Source: Camelus ferus
Taxonomy: Eukaryota
Direction of reading: 5' to 3'
DNA: 64,000 nucleotides
Assembly (NCBI RefSeq): GCF_009834535.1
Contig: NC_045696.1
Location: 96,536,001 to 96,600,000 of the forward strand
Part shown: positions 38,270 through 51,443 of the stretch, one piece after another
Layout: each line of letters begins with the position of its first letter
How positions within the stretch are numbered: position 1 is the stretch's first letter
Translations under genes and position numbers: made by a program
The notes under the pieces: model-generated
Database searches by the model: none
What the model saw: the letters and a program-made list of their open reading frames with translations, nothing else
Told to the model about the DNA's origin: nothing

Positions 38270-40400
38270 GGGTGCTCCAGCCGCTCCACAACACAGATCC
38301 CTGTGGGGCACTGAGAATGCATTAATAAACTGCGCCAGCTTTCCTTTCCTGAGGTTTTGTTATTTGTGGCCTAAATGCTTTTAGGCCTGGAACACTTGCT
38401 ACTTCCCATAACTGACCTGAAAAACAGCAAGGCACAAACAGTAAGGATTTTACTTCAGTGGAAATAGCCACAGTGAGAAAAGAAAACTTTCTCAGACATA
38501 ATCAAGCTAGCACCTCAACAGTTTCCATGCTCAACGTCCTGTGGCTTGATAAATCATGAGTAATTCATAGAAACACGGTTATGGCTCTGATGGGTTCTTA
38601 CAGCATGAGACACAATTTCAGCGATGAATCACCTAAACGTGCAAAACAAGTCAGGTCTATTATGTGACACGCTATGAGAAATTGAGGCACAGTTTGGTCA
38701 GAGCTGGCCTGGGGGTGGTTCAACTGGACAACCGTGCAGGACATATCTATAGTGCTAAATATCATGAAGGTACTAAAATGCCACTGGAACTATAACAAGG
38801 TGGGAAAAAAATGAGATTTTCCAGAACTCCTTTTAGGGAGGTCAGTATACATGGCTGGAAGAAATACATTACTCACTTCTACTTTTTTTCCTAGCTAGAC
38901 AGAAACAAAGCTGCACATCAGAGGAAAGACCCCACTGATGGTGTGGTGGGGGTGTGTCTAACGAACGTCTAGTTGGATTTACACACAAGTGGATTTAGGA
39001 ACTATCTTTCAAATCTAAACCACTGTAAATGAAGAAGCACCTGCAATTTGATAAGCCATGAGGTTGGGAAGGTGTGGAGCTCCCCTACTTCCTCCCACTC
39101 CCCAAATCCACCCCGATCCCCCATCCCAGCCAGGCATCAAATTCCAGAGGTGAGCCTGTGAACTGCATTCTCAAGAAGAACGGGTCCAATGAACCCAAGG
39201 CCTTTATTTGCAGAGATGACCGCAGGTTTGGGACAGCTGAGACTTTCCTCTCTGCCCTTCCTGCATGCAGAGCTCAGCCCTTCCTCCAGATAAACATGGA
39301 GTAAATTTCAAACACATATACGTTTGAAGAGTAAACAAATTATCAGCCTGCCAGGACCTCCACTAGTCTGATCCAGTCTGGAGCAGGGAGGGCGCTGTGC
39401 TGAAGGCATAGGGCCTATGCTTTAAGGACTCAGAGTTTAAATCCTGCCTGGGGCACTTACAAATTATGTAACTTTGAGAGGATCTTGACCTCTAGAGCCC
39501 CTAATTTCTTGTCTGTAAAATAAAGATAATTTTATCCATCAGATTATTTTCAATACTGTTTGTGAAACACCTGCAGTAGTCTGCTCATAGCGGGGTCCGC
39601 ATTCCCTCAGAGCCTCCGTTACCTGGGCAGAGTGTCTCTACACTCCTCCAGTCTGTGACAGGATGTTCCCCCCACTGGCATGTCCCTGCTCTCTGCAGAT
39701 GGTCTCCCCTCCTCTCAGAGAGGAAGGAAGTAGCCAGAAGGCAGCCCCCTCAGCCCCGGGCATCTGCACCTGCTCTCCTTCCCTCCTCCTGGACAAGGCC
39801 CACCTTATGACTCAGGGTGGCAGAGCCCTCAGTGCTGACCTTGGAGACTGGGCTCTACTGAGTCTTCCCTCTCACTTTCTGATCGGCCCCTTTCTAACTT
39901 GCTCTTAGGCTTGCTCAAGTGTCTCACGTTTTTGGGGGTCTTCATTTTTTTTAAAGATTCTTCCTTGGCCCCACTCCAGGTTCTGCTCTGAACATCAGTC
40001 TTCTCACCAAGCCAATCTGCTTGTAAGCACATCTATCTCACCATCTTGAGCTCCTTATCTCCTGTTCCTCAGCCCCCACAGCCTGCCTTCCTCCCACTGC
40101 ACCCCTGAAAGTGCTCTCCAAGCTACAACTCACTTGCTTCTGACACCTTGATCACACCCTTCCTGAGCTCCCTTGGCTCTGGGGATCTGGATTCCCCCCA
40201 CTTCTCATTCAGGCCTAGGCCTGCCCCCCTCTCTTCTCTACCCACACACTGTGGGTCACTCCATCCTCTTGTAGATTCCATTACATCCAAATGCTGAGGA
40301 CTTCAAAGCTCTCTGCAGACCCTTATATCCAACTACAGATATCTTCATTTAAAGAGAATTCCCTGGAAGGAGAGAGAAATTACTTACTTGTCTATGGCAT

Positions 40401-40788
40401 CGTATTAGTCTGCTCAGGCTGCCATAACAAAATATCACAGACTCGATGGCTTGAACAGTGAAAATTTATTTCTCATGGTTCTGGAAGCTGGAAGTCCAAG
40501 ATCAAGGTGTTGGCAGGTTTGGCTTCTTCAGATGCCTCTCTCTTTGACTTGCAGGTGGCGGCCTTTCCACTGTGTCCTCTGTGTGCACATCCCTGGTGTC
40601 TCTTTGTGTGTCCAGATTTCCTCTTCTTGTAAGGACACAGGTTGGATTAGGTCCCACCCTTAACAGCCTCACTTTAACTTAATTACCTCTTTAAAGGCCC
40701 TGTCTTCAAATACAGTAACACTCTGAGGTACTGGAGGGTTAGGGCTTCAGCAAATGAATTTGAGGGGAATGCAGTTCAGCTCCACACA
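40401..40788 (-). mobile_element. MaLR solo LTR (MLT1A0-like)
   Basis: gtattagtctgctcaggctgccataacaaaata...atgaatttgagggg. Perfect 5-bp TSD ggcat (40396-400 / 40789-93). Confidence 0.92.
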
Positions 40789-40822
40789 GGCATGTATTTG
40801 TTATGTCAACTTAAGATGTGTG

Positions 40823-41061
40823 TGGAGGGAGGGATAAATTATGAGTTTGGGATAGCAGATACAAACTACTACATATAAAATAGATAAACAACAAGGACCT
40901 ACTATATAGTACAGGGAACTATATTCAATATCTCTAAATAACCTATAATGAAAAAGAATATATATATGTATAACTGAATCACTATGCTGTACACCAGAAA
41001 CTAACACAACATTTTAAGTCAACCATACTTCAATGAATCAATCAATCAATCAATCTTTTAA
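40823..41061 (+). mobile_element. Lineage-specific L1 3' end with (ATCA)n tail
   Basis: gggagggataaattatgagtttggga...acagggaactatattcaa. TSD aagatgtgtg (40813-22 / 41062-71). Confidence 0.92.
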
Positions 41062-42683
41062 AAGATGTGTGAGTAAGTCCAAAAGTCATTTCAGCATCAG
41101 CATCCATCACTGTCTCCATCTTTACCCCTCAGACCTCATCCTCTGCCTCTGAGTCCTTCCCAGGATACCGCACCCATTTGGCTCAGCACCTCCCATGGTC
41201 AAGCCACCACAGGCATACCTCTGAAATCTGCTCACTTCTTTCTACCCCCTCAGCAACAAACTTGGTCCAAGCCATCATCTTCTCTCATTTGGATTCTCAC
41301 AAGGGTCTCCTAATTGGTCTCTCTTTCTCTGGTCTGGCCTACCCCCGACCCATTCTCCATGTGGCAGTGAGAATGAACCTTCTGAATGCAATTCTGATCT
41401 TCTAAAAATCCTGCTTACACCTTTGCACAGATCCCCACTGCTTTCAGAATGAAGTTCACAGTCTTCAGGATGGCCTACAAGAACTTACCTGATCTAGGCC
41501 TGGCTTGCCTCTCCAACTCTGAATTTCTTTCAGTTCTTCAAATGCACCACTCTTTTCTGTCTGGGGCCTTTGCGTGTATTCTTTGTTCTTCCTGGGACAC
41601 CCTCTATCTTTCCCTTAGCAAGCTCGTATCTGCTCATCAGGTTTTAGATTAAACGTCACTTCCTCCAAGAAGTACCCCCTGATCTCCCCCACAAAGGGGG
41701 TTGGGTGCCTCCCTTTGTACTGCACTGCATGATTAATTAGCTCTGTCTTCCACCAGAGATCAGAAGAATAGGAAACATGTCTGCGTTGCTCTTCCCCCAA
41801 TGCCCAGTACTGTACCTAAAATATAATAGATACTCAATAAATACTGAATGAAAAAATCAGTGAATGCAAGCATAGATACAGCAAAAGTAATGGACTCAGT
41901 GAGAGAAGACTTGGGTCCTTGTCTCAACTTTGCCACTAACCAGCTACATCACAGTGTCTGAAAGCCAAATAAGGTTGGGCTAGAAGCTCATCTCTCAAAG
42001 TCTCTCTTAATTCTAAACAACTGTAACTCTTCATCTCTGACCCCAGGTAGAATACACCGTGCTGCACATCTAAGAAAAAGACCTTTGCCTGCTACTGATT
42101 CAGACAGAATGCCAATAGCTTGATGGAAATCTAAGAGGCCCAGGAAAGGCCAGCAGGAGACAGAAGCAATAAAAAAGACGGTTCCCTGACACTAAAAGTC
42201 TTCTAAATCAAGATGATTAAATAAATCATTCTTGACAACAACCCAAAGAGAAAACAGAGACACTGAATACAATGACTTTTGGCCTCCCTTCCTGATAATG
42301 TTTCTCTCTCTTCCTCTATCACCCACCTGACACAAACTCACAGACTCTCATTCTTAATAAGATGTGTGTGTGGCCGGGGTGGTTGTCGGGGGTTCTCTCT
42401 GGTGAAGATGATTATGGATCAAGTCCCCAAACCTTCTCTTAGTTTGAGGAGATTGTTATTTATTTCCAACAAGGAAAATACAATTTGTTTTAAGCAGTAA
42501 AAGCTCCTTCCTGGTTTGCAAGAACTAGGATGGGGGAGAGGCTGGTGAAGAAATTTAATCAAGAAGCCATATCTAGAAGATCTTCAGTTAGTGACGGAAA
42601 ATTGTGGGTGCATATGCTCCAGACCTGATGAAAATCTGGCAGCCTGCCTTTCTCTTGTTTTATTTCTCGTCTTTCATTTGGTT

Positions 42684-42817
42684 TATTTTTATTTAATTTT
42701 TTATGGGGGAGGTAATTAGGTTTTTATTTATTTATTTTTAGAGGAGGTACTAGGGATTGGACCCAGGACCTTGTGCATGCTAGGCATGAACTCTACCACT
42801 GAGCTATACCCCCTGCC
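42684..42817 (-). mobile_element. Camelid tRNA-Ala-derived SINE
   Basis: ggaggtactagggattggacccaggaccttgtgcatgctaggcatgaactctaccactgagctatacccc. TSD tttcatttggtt (42672-83 / 42819-30). Confidence 0.9.
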
Positions 42818-43129
42818 TTTTCATTTGGTTCAGAAGCAACTCCTCCTAGTATGCTTGGTGTCTGCAATACCAAAGAACACATGTGCCTAGGGCAGGAAGA
42901 TATGCTCAGAACAGAGGAAAACTCCAGAGGTCTGTCAATACATTTGTCTTATAGGGAAAATTGGTCTAGCTATAGGATCACAAAAGTTATGTAGAAATAA
43001 AATGAACACAACATGGAGGAAGTCCATTCAACACGAGGGCCATGATGCAATTTGCCAGGCTTGGTGCAGAGTGCCGTGGATACAAAGGTGAATAAAATAG
43101 AGCCTTGGCCTTGAGGAATTCAGTCTATC

Positions 43130-43965
43130 ACAGGGGTTCTCAACCTTGATTGTCTACTGAAATCGGTAGGGAGCTTTAAAAAAAAAAAGACACACTGTTG
43201 GTGGGAATGTAAAATGGTGCAACTACTATAGAAAACCATCTGGTGGTTCCTCAACAAATTAAAAACAATTACCACATGATCCAGTAATTCCATTTCTAGA
43301 TACATACCTAAAAGAATTTAAAGCAGGGTCACCCATGTTCATAGCAGCATCATTCACAATAGCCACAAGGTGGAAACAAACCAACTGTCCGTTAACAATG
43401 AATGGATAAACAAAATATGGTGTAAAAAGATAAGGGGCTCTCATTTGCTCTTAAAAAGTAAGGCAATTTGGACACCCAGGGACAACATGGATGAACCTTA
43501 CTGAAGTCAAATAAGCCAGTGACAAAAAGACAAACACTGTATGTGACTCTAATTATATAAGGTACCTAAAGTCATCAAATTCATAAAGAAAGTAGAATGA
43601 TGGTTGCAAGGGGCTGGGGGAAGGAGGTAATGGGGGTTACTGTTTAATGGGTACAGAACTTTGATTTTGCAAGATGAAGAGGTCAATGGACAAATGGTGG
43701 TGACGGTGGCATCACAGTGTCCATGTACTTTATGCCACTGAACATTAGACTCAAAAGTGGTTAAGAGGGTAAGATTTATGTTATCTGTATTTCACCACAA
43801 TTTAAAAATAATTAGGTAATTAATTGATTAAAAAAAATCAAAACACTGCTGCCAGGGTCCCAGCCATGGAAAGCCTGATGTAACTGGTCTGGAGTACAGT
43901 CTGGGCATGGGCATTTTTAAATCCTCCCAGTAGGTTCTAACGTGCAGCCTCCCTTGAGAAGCAGT
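43130..43965. mobile_element. MER5-type hAT MITE split by an L1 insertion
   Basis: Left half caggggttctcaacctt...gggagcttt; right half ...gggcatttttaaatcctcccagtaggttctaacgtgcagcc...ttgagaagcagt. Confidence 0.7.
43196..43840 (+). mobile_element. L1 (L1MA/MB-like) 3' fragment
   Basis: ttggtgggaatgtaaaatggtgcaac...atgttcatagcagcatcattcacaatagcca...tttaatgggtacaga...ccacaatttaaaaa. Confidence 0.88.
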
Positions 43966-45184
43966 AGTGTGCTCTCTAAAAACCACTGGTCTACAGAGAA
44001 AGAACTAAATCCGGACTTAGAATACCTGGATCCTCTGTCATTCAAAGTCCATGAGTACTTTAAATTTTGCAAGCCTTGGTTTACCCCTTTACGTATAAAT
44101 TTACACAACAAACACACTCCGTGGTGGTGTTGTGAGGATTCATTTAAGTTACACTACGTGAAAGGATTTTATACTTTAACAATCACGAGACATAACTAGG
44201 TGACAGAAAAATAAGCCCAAATGGAGATCATTTGCTTTTCTCCCTGATGACTGGATGTCTTTATTAACCCCTAAAGTGAAATGAATCTCTTCTTCCCCCC
44301 TACTCAAAAGTCTCAAGAACTTTGTTAGCATCTTTATTGTAGCACCAATCCTGTATCCAAGTGACCTGTGTATATATGTCTACCACCCCACAGATCTTGG
44401 TTCTGGAAAGGTAGGCCACGGCTGATTCATGGCCACAGGCCTCCCTGTGTCTAGCACACAGTGGGCGCTCAATAAAAATTTGCTAAATCATGTTGAATTA
44501 CATTATTTAATAGCATGTAAACCTGAGGCACTCAGTGCATTTCAAACAATATGTTCCTGTCATTAGCAGATTCATTACTCTGAGGACAAGCTTTATTTCC
44601 ATAAATAATAAGACGCATGTGCACAGAACAAGAATGGTGGCCCCAAAACAAGGAGGTGCTGTGATACATACATGGGATCACAATCCAAACAGAGGCTCTA
44701 CTGTCCCTGGTGCCAGAGCCACCCAAACGTAGTCTTCTACTTTGGTATAAATATTGGTGCTATTATTATAAACTTGAAGAGTTAGCCAATATAAGCCCAA
44801 AATGATAACACTTTTTTTAAAATGTAAAAGTATTTTTCCTTGAGTCTTTAGGAGATAGTAAAGCAATGAGGTAGGTCAACCCTCCCAACACACAAGACCA
44901 TCCACAGCTGAAATGTAAGGGAGGAAAGACAAAATTCGTGACTACTTCCTATTATTGAGTTATCCCTCTCTTAATCAGGGTATTGGTTCAAAAATATGAG
45001 TTGCTCAGAAAGGGCGAACTTTGACGTATAATATACAAAGGTATTGTGTAATCTCATTTGGGCTTCCATAAACTCCAACCAGGAAAACTAATTTGGGAAG
45101 AGATGGGGGAAAAGAAAATTACTATCTTTTGCATGTTTGTGATACGTGAAGCCCTTTATTTTCTCATTACATTCTCACAATAAC

Positions 45185-46000
45185 TGTCAGATAGTAATGC
45201 ATTCAACTGCAAACAACAGAAATACTAATTTAAAGTCACCTAAGCAAATATGATTTATTTTCTCACATATAGAAGTTTGGAAGTAGGAGCTGCTAGCACC
45301 AGAGCTAGGACTCTCTCAGCCTTTCCTTCATGTCTATTGCCTCTTAGACACAAGATGGGAGTTCTAGCTCCAGACATCACAGCGATGTTCAAGGCAATAA
45401 GAAGGGGGAGGGGCCATGCCTACTGCATATGTTCTCCATTCTGTTTTTTTAATCAAGAAAGTAAATGCATTCCCAGAAAGGTACTCCCACTGACTTCTTC
45501 TTATGTCTGTCTGGTTTCTCTAGAAGCTGAAATGTGGGTTCTTGTGCAAGTAACTTATTGTATGAGTGTTTTCAGTAAAACTCTTAAGGAAGTCAAGAAA
45601 GCAGAGGGAAGAAGCTAGGCAAGGATGTGGGTTCAGCTGAAATCTCACCTCAGCCTGATCCTACCACAGAGTCATCTCATATTGAGGCAAGGAGTTTTGG
45701 CTTTCAAATTGCCGTGTTAGTCAGCCATTGGCTGTAGGCTGACGAGGGTATGTGACATAATCTCCTAGTCATTTCCTAGATGGGAGGCTCCCGTTGGCTG
45801 AGGGCAGTTCATAGCAGCTGGGGGACAGGTATGTTGTCCCAGTAAAGGAGAGCTGGACAGGCCACCAAAGCGTCTTCTACAATCTTAGGTCTAAAACTAG
45901 GTCACATGGCTGCCACTGGGTATGGATGGGTAGATGGAAAGTATGGATGTTTAGAAAGAAAGTATTTGGTTTTTCAGCCTCTTTTGTCAGATGCGAATAA
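45185..46000 (-). mobile_element. Old MLT1 LTR interrupted by a second ERVL-type LTR (~45505-45880)
   Basis: MLT1 motifs ctgcaaacaacagaaa, gctccagacatcaca and ctaggtcacatggc flank a tgtc...ttctctagaagc...ctaca insert. Confidence 0.5.
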
Positions 46001-46117
46001 CTCTCGGTGGCCAAGCAACAATGTCTTCCAAGGAGACAGGCTCCTCACTTGTTAAAGAGAGAAATCTTTCTTCCTACTCCTGATAATTCCTTCCATGAGA
46101 AAAGAATTCAACTACAA

Positions 46118-47464
46118 CAGTTGTCTCAAGCTTTTTGGCCTCAGGACCCCTTTAAATTCTTAAAAATTACTGAGGAATTTAAAAAGCTTTTGTTTATCTG
46201 GATCAAATCTATGGCTATTTACCACACTAGAAGTTAAAACTGATGAAATTTTAAATATTTATGTACTAATTCACTTTTAAATAACAATAATAAATCCATT
46301 AAATTTAACATAAATAACACACTTATAAAAATAATTGTATTTCCAAAAAGAACTTTTTTAAAGTAAGTATAATTGTTACATATTTTTACAACCTTGATGT
46401 CTGGCTTAACAGAAAACAGCTAGATTCTCACAGCGACTTCTGCATTGACTTTGTTTTATAATATGTTTTGGTTGAAGTGTATCAAGAAAATCTAACCTCA
46501 CAAAGAAAGATTCCTAGTTGGAAAAGAGTATTTTAATATTTTAAGATATTTGTGGATATTCTGCTTTGATACTACACCAAAACTCAACAAGTAGTTGTTT
46601 CTTAAAGGTTAACTGCAATGTGGAATATAAAACTAAATCAATGAACTTTACAAACTGTTACATTAAAATTCTCTGACCTATCTTGCAGTTTGAAGGAATC
46701 TTTGGAACATTTGCATTAAATATTTTTAAGTTTTGTTTCACTGAATCAAGCTTATCTTCCAAATGCTGCCTCATTTCATTGACAGTATCCAAAAATCATA
46801 TTCATTAGTATCACCACCAGTACTATCAGAAAAGTCTTTTAAGTACTAAAATCCTGTCAAGCCTCCAGCGGCAGATACAAGTTTTCTAAAATTCTAATTT
46901 TTGCTTGTAAACACAGTTTCATCATTAGCAACAAATACTCTCAGTTACCTTGAAGCAACAGTCACTTCATAAGAGAAAAATGTTTCCCAAATGCCCAAGT
47001 CTGAATAATCCTAGTTTGCTTATCAGTAATGAATAGCAAGTAAAATGATGTTCTGAATATCATTCAGCTCCCATCTCAGACAAGAACACAAATGCTTTTC
47101 CTCTAGACAACCACTGCGTTCCAGGATGCAGCAGAAGTACACTCAACCATTGGTGTAAGAATATTAACAATGTTCACCAAAGTTATTTTTAAATGAAACC
47201 CTTTGGGTTTTCCCCCCCTTCTCCTGGGTGTGGCAAGAAAAAACACAGTGACTACTAGGACAGTTTGGTGTCCTGATTGATGCTAAGGCACAAGCAGTAT
47301 CACCCCCCTTTGTGTTTGCACCATCAGTGCAAATGTCAACACAGTGGAAAAGGCAAACAACATCTTACATTGTTATGAGAACACTTCTGATCTGGCTGAC
47401 CCCTCCCCCAGAGAGAGTCCCAAGGACGCCCTGTGTTCTAAGGACACTTCTTTAAGAACCTCCA
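46118..47464. mobile_element. Near full-length hAT-Charlie (Charlie1a-like) non-autonomous DNA transposon
   Basis: Termini cagttgtctcaagctttttggcctcaggacccc and ggacacttctttaagaacc. Homologous to 3756-4430. Confidence 0.85.
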
Positions 47465-48555
47465 CACTAGAGTGCACTGCCCGATTCACCTCAGCTTCCT
47501 GTCTGCCAACTGGCTTCCAGAGAGAAAAGGAGGCTGAACTCTGCATGCCCCACCCCTTCTCAGTCTCAACAGTCAGAATTCATTTTTTTCTCCCCTGGAG
47601 TGAATTAGGGTTCCTGCCAGTATTGAACATCCTCTCAGTTAATTTGAATATACAAAACCTTGCTCAAAGCTTTTTAATCACTCAGTTTACCTCTTAAGGT
47701 AACAAGCTGCTTACGACAGTAACCTTGTAGCAAGTGAGGACACCTGACCCAATCTTAAGACAGTCTGATGTTCTTCCCTAGGACTCTGACTCATGTCTAG
47801 TTGAATCCCATACCCTAAAAGAGTAGATATTTGCCTTCGTTGTTTAACCAATAGGTCTGGGGAAGTAGTCCCTCCTGGAACAAAGGGAAGATGCCTTCTT
47901 GGGATTGTGCCCTCATCTTCTGGAATTAGCATCAGAAATTGACTATGCAGCTCCGTGGCAGGCAGTCATGGTGAGAGTGCCAATCAAAGAGCACTTCCTT
48001 CCATGTACGCGTGGGAGACCCAGTAGAAAATCAAATATTCTTACCTTCAATCCAAACTTTGAGCTGAGTGACTCTGAGGCTAAAGATGAATGATCACTCA
48101 CCCTACGAGCAGTTCCAAAGAGATTGCGTGGAAGCTCTTGCCACCTGTTTCCTATTCTATCAAAGACCACAGTTCACCCACTTTCATTCCTGTTCTCTAA
48201 GCTACCCCATAGCCTCCCAATAAAACCCCTTTTGCTAAAATCAGCCGAAGTCTGTTTCTGTTGCTTACACCAAATGACTCTAATTGATATAGCCCCAAAG
48301 GCAAATTGCAAACTCCACCCTAGGAAGCATAAACTGCTTACAACTCCCCGAATCACAATTTTCCAGGCTTGAAAATGTTAAGATCCACCAGACACCCATT
48401 ATATTTCACTGAGGCCCAGGATCTGGGACTTGTGCATATTTTCATGGCTGCTGCGTTCACTTCCATACTGCCTACTATCAAGCCACAGGGGGAAGTCTTT
48501 CCACAACCGTTTCTCGGGGAAGCCATGATATTTCCCAAACCCCTGAGATAAAACT

Positions 48556-48815
48556 CTTTTTTTTTTAAATTGAAGTATAGTTCATTTACAATGTTGTATT
48601 AGTTTCTGGTGTACAGCATAATGATTCAGTTATATATATATGTGTGTGTGTGTGTGTATATATATATACATATACATATATATATACACACACACACACA
48701 TACCTATTCTTTTTCATATTCTTTTTATAGGCTACTACAAGATATTGAATATGTGCTATATATATACTGGTTGTTTATCTATTCTATATATAGTAGCATG
48801 TATCTGCTAATTATT
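48556..48815 (-). mobile_element. Lineage-specific L1 3' end containing a compound (TA)/(TG)/(CA) microsatellite
   Basis: ttgaagtatagttcatttacaatgttg...gattcagtta[tatatatatgtgtg...cacacaca]tacctattctttttcatatt. Confidence 0.85.
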
Positions 48816-49933
48816 ATTTGCTAGAGGAAACACTATTTGCTAGATTTTATATCATGCTGTTCTGGGGAAATGAGCATTTATGCTATGGTGCCATGGCTAA
48901 CTAAAGCCATATAAAACCACTAGTTTGAATTTACTATTATTTTGATTGCACTGGTCAGTCTCTATATAGGTAATGATGTCTCTGTTGATTCTCCACAGTC
49001 AGCATTATCAAGCTTCTTATCACTGAACAGAGTTTGATGCAGTAGGGATTGGAAACACGGTTGCCAGGGTCACTATAAGCCATTCAGGGTCAGATGTATA
49101 TTCTATATGCTGGGGTCACAAACCCAGATGGCTAAGGGATCAGGCATGTAGCAAAACTGAAACTAGCAGATTGGTGGGGACAGTGACCAACTGAAGAAGT
49201 CACACCTCATCTCAAGGGAGGAGACTGCCACTCTGGACAACTGGAGGCTGCCCTAAAAAGGGATTTGTGAGCTTTGTAACCCCGGGCAATGTGAAATGGG
49301 GATAGAAACAGAGTTGCTTTGAAGTTCAAATAAGATTGGAATATTGAAACATGCTTGTAAAACCTTGAAAAGGATGGGTTACTATAAACTGTCTAGTCTC
49401 ACATTTAACAGCAAAGTTTACGTGCCCTCAATGTAATTATTTTGTAATGCAGAGATAAAAGTTGCCAGAGGATTCTGCTCTTTAAACAGAAGATACTCTG
49501 TGACTTTGACGTAACAAAACAAACAAACAAAAAAATTAAGAAAGTTAGAAGTGTTAGCACACCCACTGCAGCCACAGAGACAGGGAGCAAAGTCTTCGAT
49601 ACACTGACAACAGGATTAAAATAACGGCCCGATGGCAATGCTTGTATTTTAGGTTTATCACAGGAGCTGTATGCAGTTTCATGTCTATTATTTTTATTAT
49701 TTCAGTCTATTATTATTACTTCATTCAAATGGTACATTACTGGCTAGAGTAACAATGAACTGACAACCTGAGAAACAGCCAGATCATGGTGAGCAAAGAA
49801 GAGAAGATGGACATTCCTCTGGGTAAACTACCCTGTTTATGCTCAGTCTTGAGGGTAAGCAGAATGGTGGCGGGCATAATGAAATCCAGGAGAAAACAGA
49901 AATCACAAAAAAAAATTTTGTACAGGATTTGTG

Positions 49934-50106
49934 TCTTAAAAAGTTCTCCTCATAAGAAAATAAATGTGAAACTACATGGGGCGATAGGTGTTAACGACGG
50001 TTATTGTGGTGATCATTTCACAATATATGCAAATACCAAATCATTAGGTTATATACCTGAAATGAATATAATGTTATATGTTAATTATATATTCATTTTT
50101 TTAAAA
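49934..50106 (+). mobile_element. L1 (L1MA-like) 3' end
   Basis: ttattgtggtgatcatttcacaatatatgcaaatac...aatgttatatg. TSD aggatttgtg (49924-33 / 50107-16). Confidence 0.85.
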
Positions 50107-51301
50107 AGGATTTGTGGGCTGGATTTGACCAATGAGCACCCAATCTATATCCATTGGCTTAACAGGTGTCTGAAAAGAACAAACACAAGTACCTCACTTA
50201 TTGAACTAAATCCTAGGTGTATTCGCATGCCTTGTCAAATACCCTTTCTCATGCAATATTCACAGTAACCCTACTAAATAGGGGGAAATACCCTCATCTA
50301 CACCAAGAAAAATAAGGCTCAGATATCTTAAATATCTACCCAACATTATGTAGCCAAGTGTTTTTGCTGAACTTTGTTCCCAGGAGCATCTAAAGCCCTT
50401 TTGTTCCCCACGAAAAACAAATGGCTTAAATGTTCACATTGAACAGATAGATGTTTTGTTCAGCCTATGAAGCTTTAAAAAGGTTGAATTCACTATAAAT
50501 ATTCAACAATCAAGAACTGTTACATAAAAATCTGGATTTCCAGCTTTAGGGAAGGACAAAATATTTCAGTATCTGGCAACCCTGGAGATGCCGGAACATC
50601 TGGCAACCTTGGATGTACAGTTGCCGCTGGCACTGCCCACAAGGGCTGGCTGGTAGCCTTACTCTTTGATGGGGCCAGGACTGCCCCTTCATATCCCACT
50701 GATTCATATCAGCCAGCTTCATTTGCTGACTTTACCTGCCTGGCCCTTGTGGACACTGCAGTTTGTCCCATCCTCCTTTCTGTCCATCCCAGAAAAAGGG
50801 AAGCAGCTCCATCCTCCTCGAGCATCCCTGCGCAGGAAGTCTGGGAAGTACTGTGAAGCACAGCCGGCTGAAGGAAGTACAGCTGATTCGCCTGTGGGGT
50901 TCATCTGAATTGCATGCCTGTGGCCATGTTTAGGACTTGAATGCTTTAATCAAGGTATATGAAATCAGAATGCTCTTCCCTTTTCTTACTGACCAGAAAG
51001 GAATGTGTGTCTTTGTTCAGACTTTAGTCATGTAAATAGCCATTTTACTCCAGATATCACTAATGAAGGCGCAGAGCTTAGCAGGACACGTGACTTTTTT
51101 GAGTTGAAGCCAGCACACAGATTCGCAGTGGAAGCGCCTGTCAACTTCAAGCAAGCAAAACCAACACTCTGCCTCCTCACCAACCACAAACTCTAAAAGC
51201 TAAAAGTCACCTTAAATGGTATCTAATAAACCTAAGTATGAGTCTTAAGAGTGCCAAGAATCATTTTGACCTACACAGGTCAATGGGTTTATTATAGGTT
51301 T

Positions 51302-51443
51302 AAAAGAAAGGAAAGAAAGAAAGAGAAAGAGAAAGGGAAAGAGAAAGGGAAAGGGAAAGGGAAAGGGGAAGAGGAAGAGAAAGAGAAAGAGAAAGAGAAA
51401 GAGAAAGAGAAAGAGAAAGAGAAAGAGAAAGAGAAAGAGAAAG
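51302..51443. repeat. 142-bp pure polypurine tract: (GAAA)n-(GGGAAA)n-(GAGAAA)n
   Basis: No pyrimidine on the + strand from 51302 to 51443. Confidence 0.95.

Larger units (their letters stand above)
39930..41865 (+). mobile_element. L2 LINE, interrupted by MLT1A and a young L1 end
   Basis: ttggtccaagccatcatcttctctc...ccattctccatgtggcag...gtcacttcctccaagaag...ctcaataaatactgaatgaa. Confidence 0.7.

Noticed and set aside
49786..50268. 160-aa plus-strand ORF
   Set aside because: It spans an L1 3' UTR insertion with a TSD and part of a MIR.
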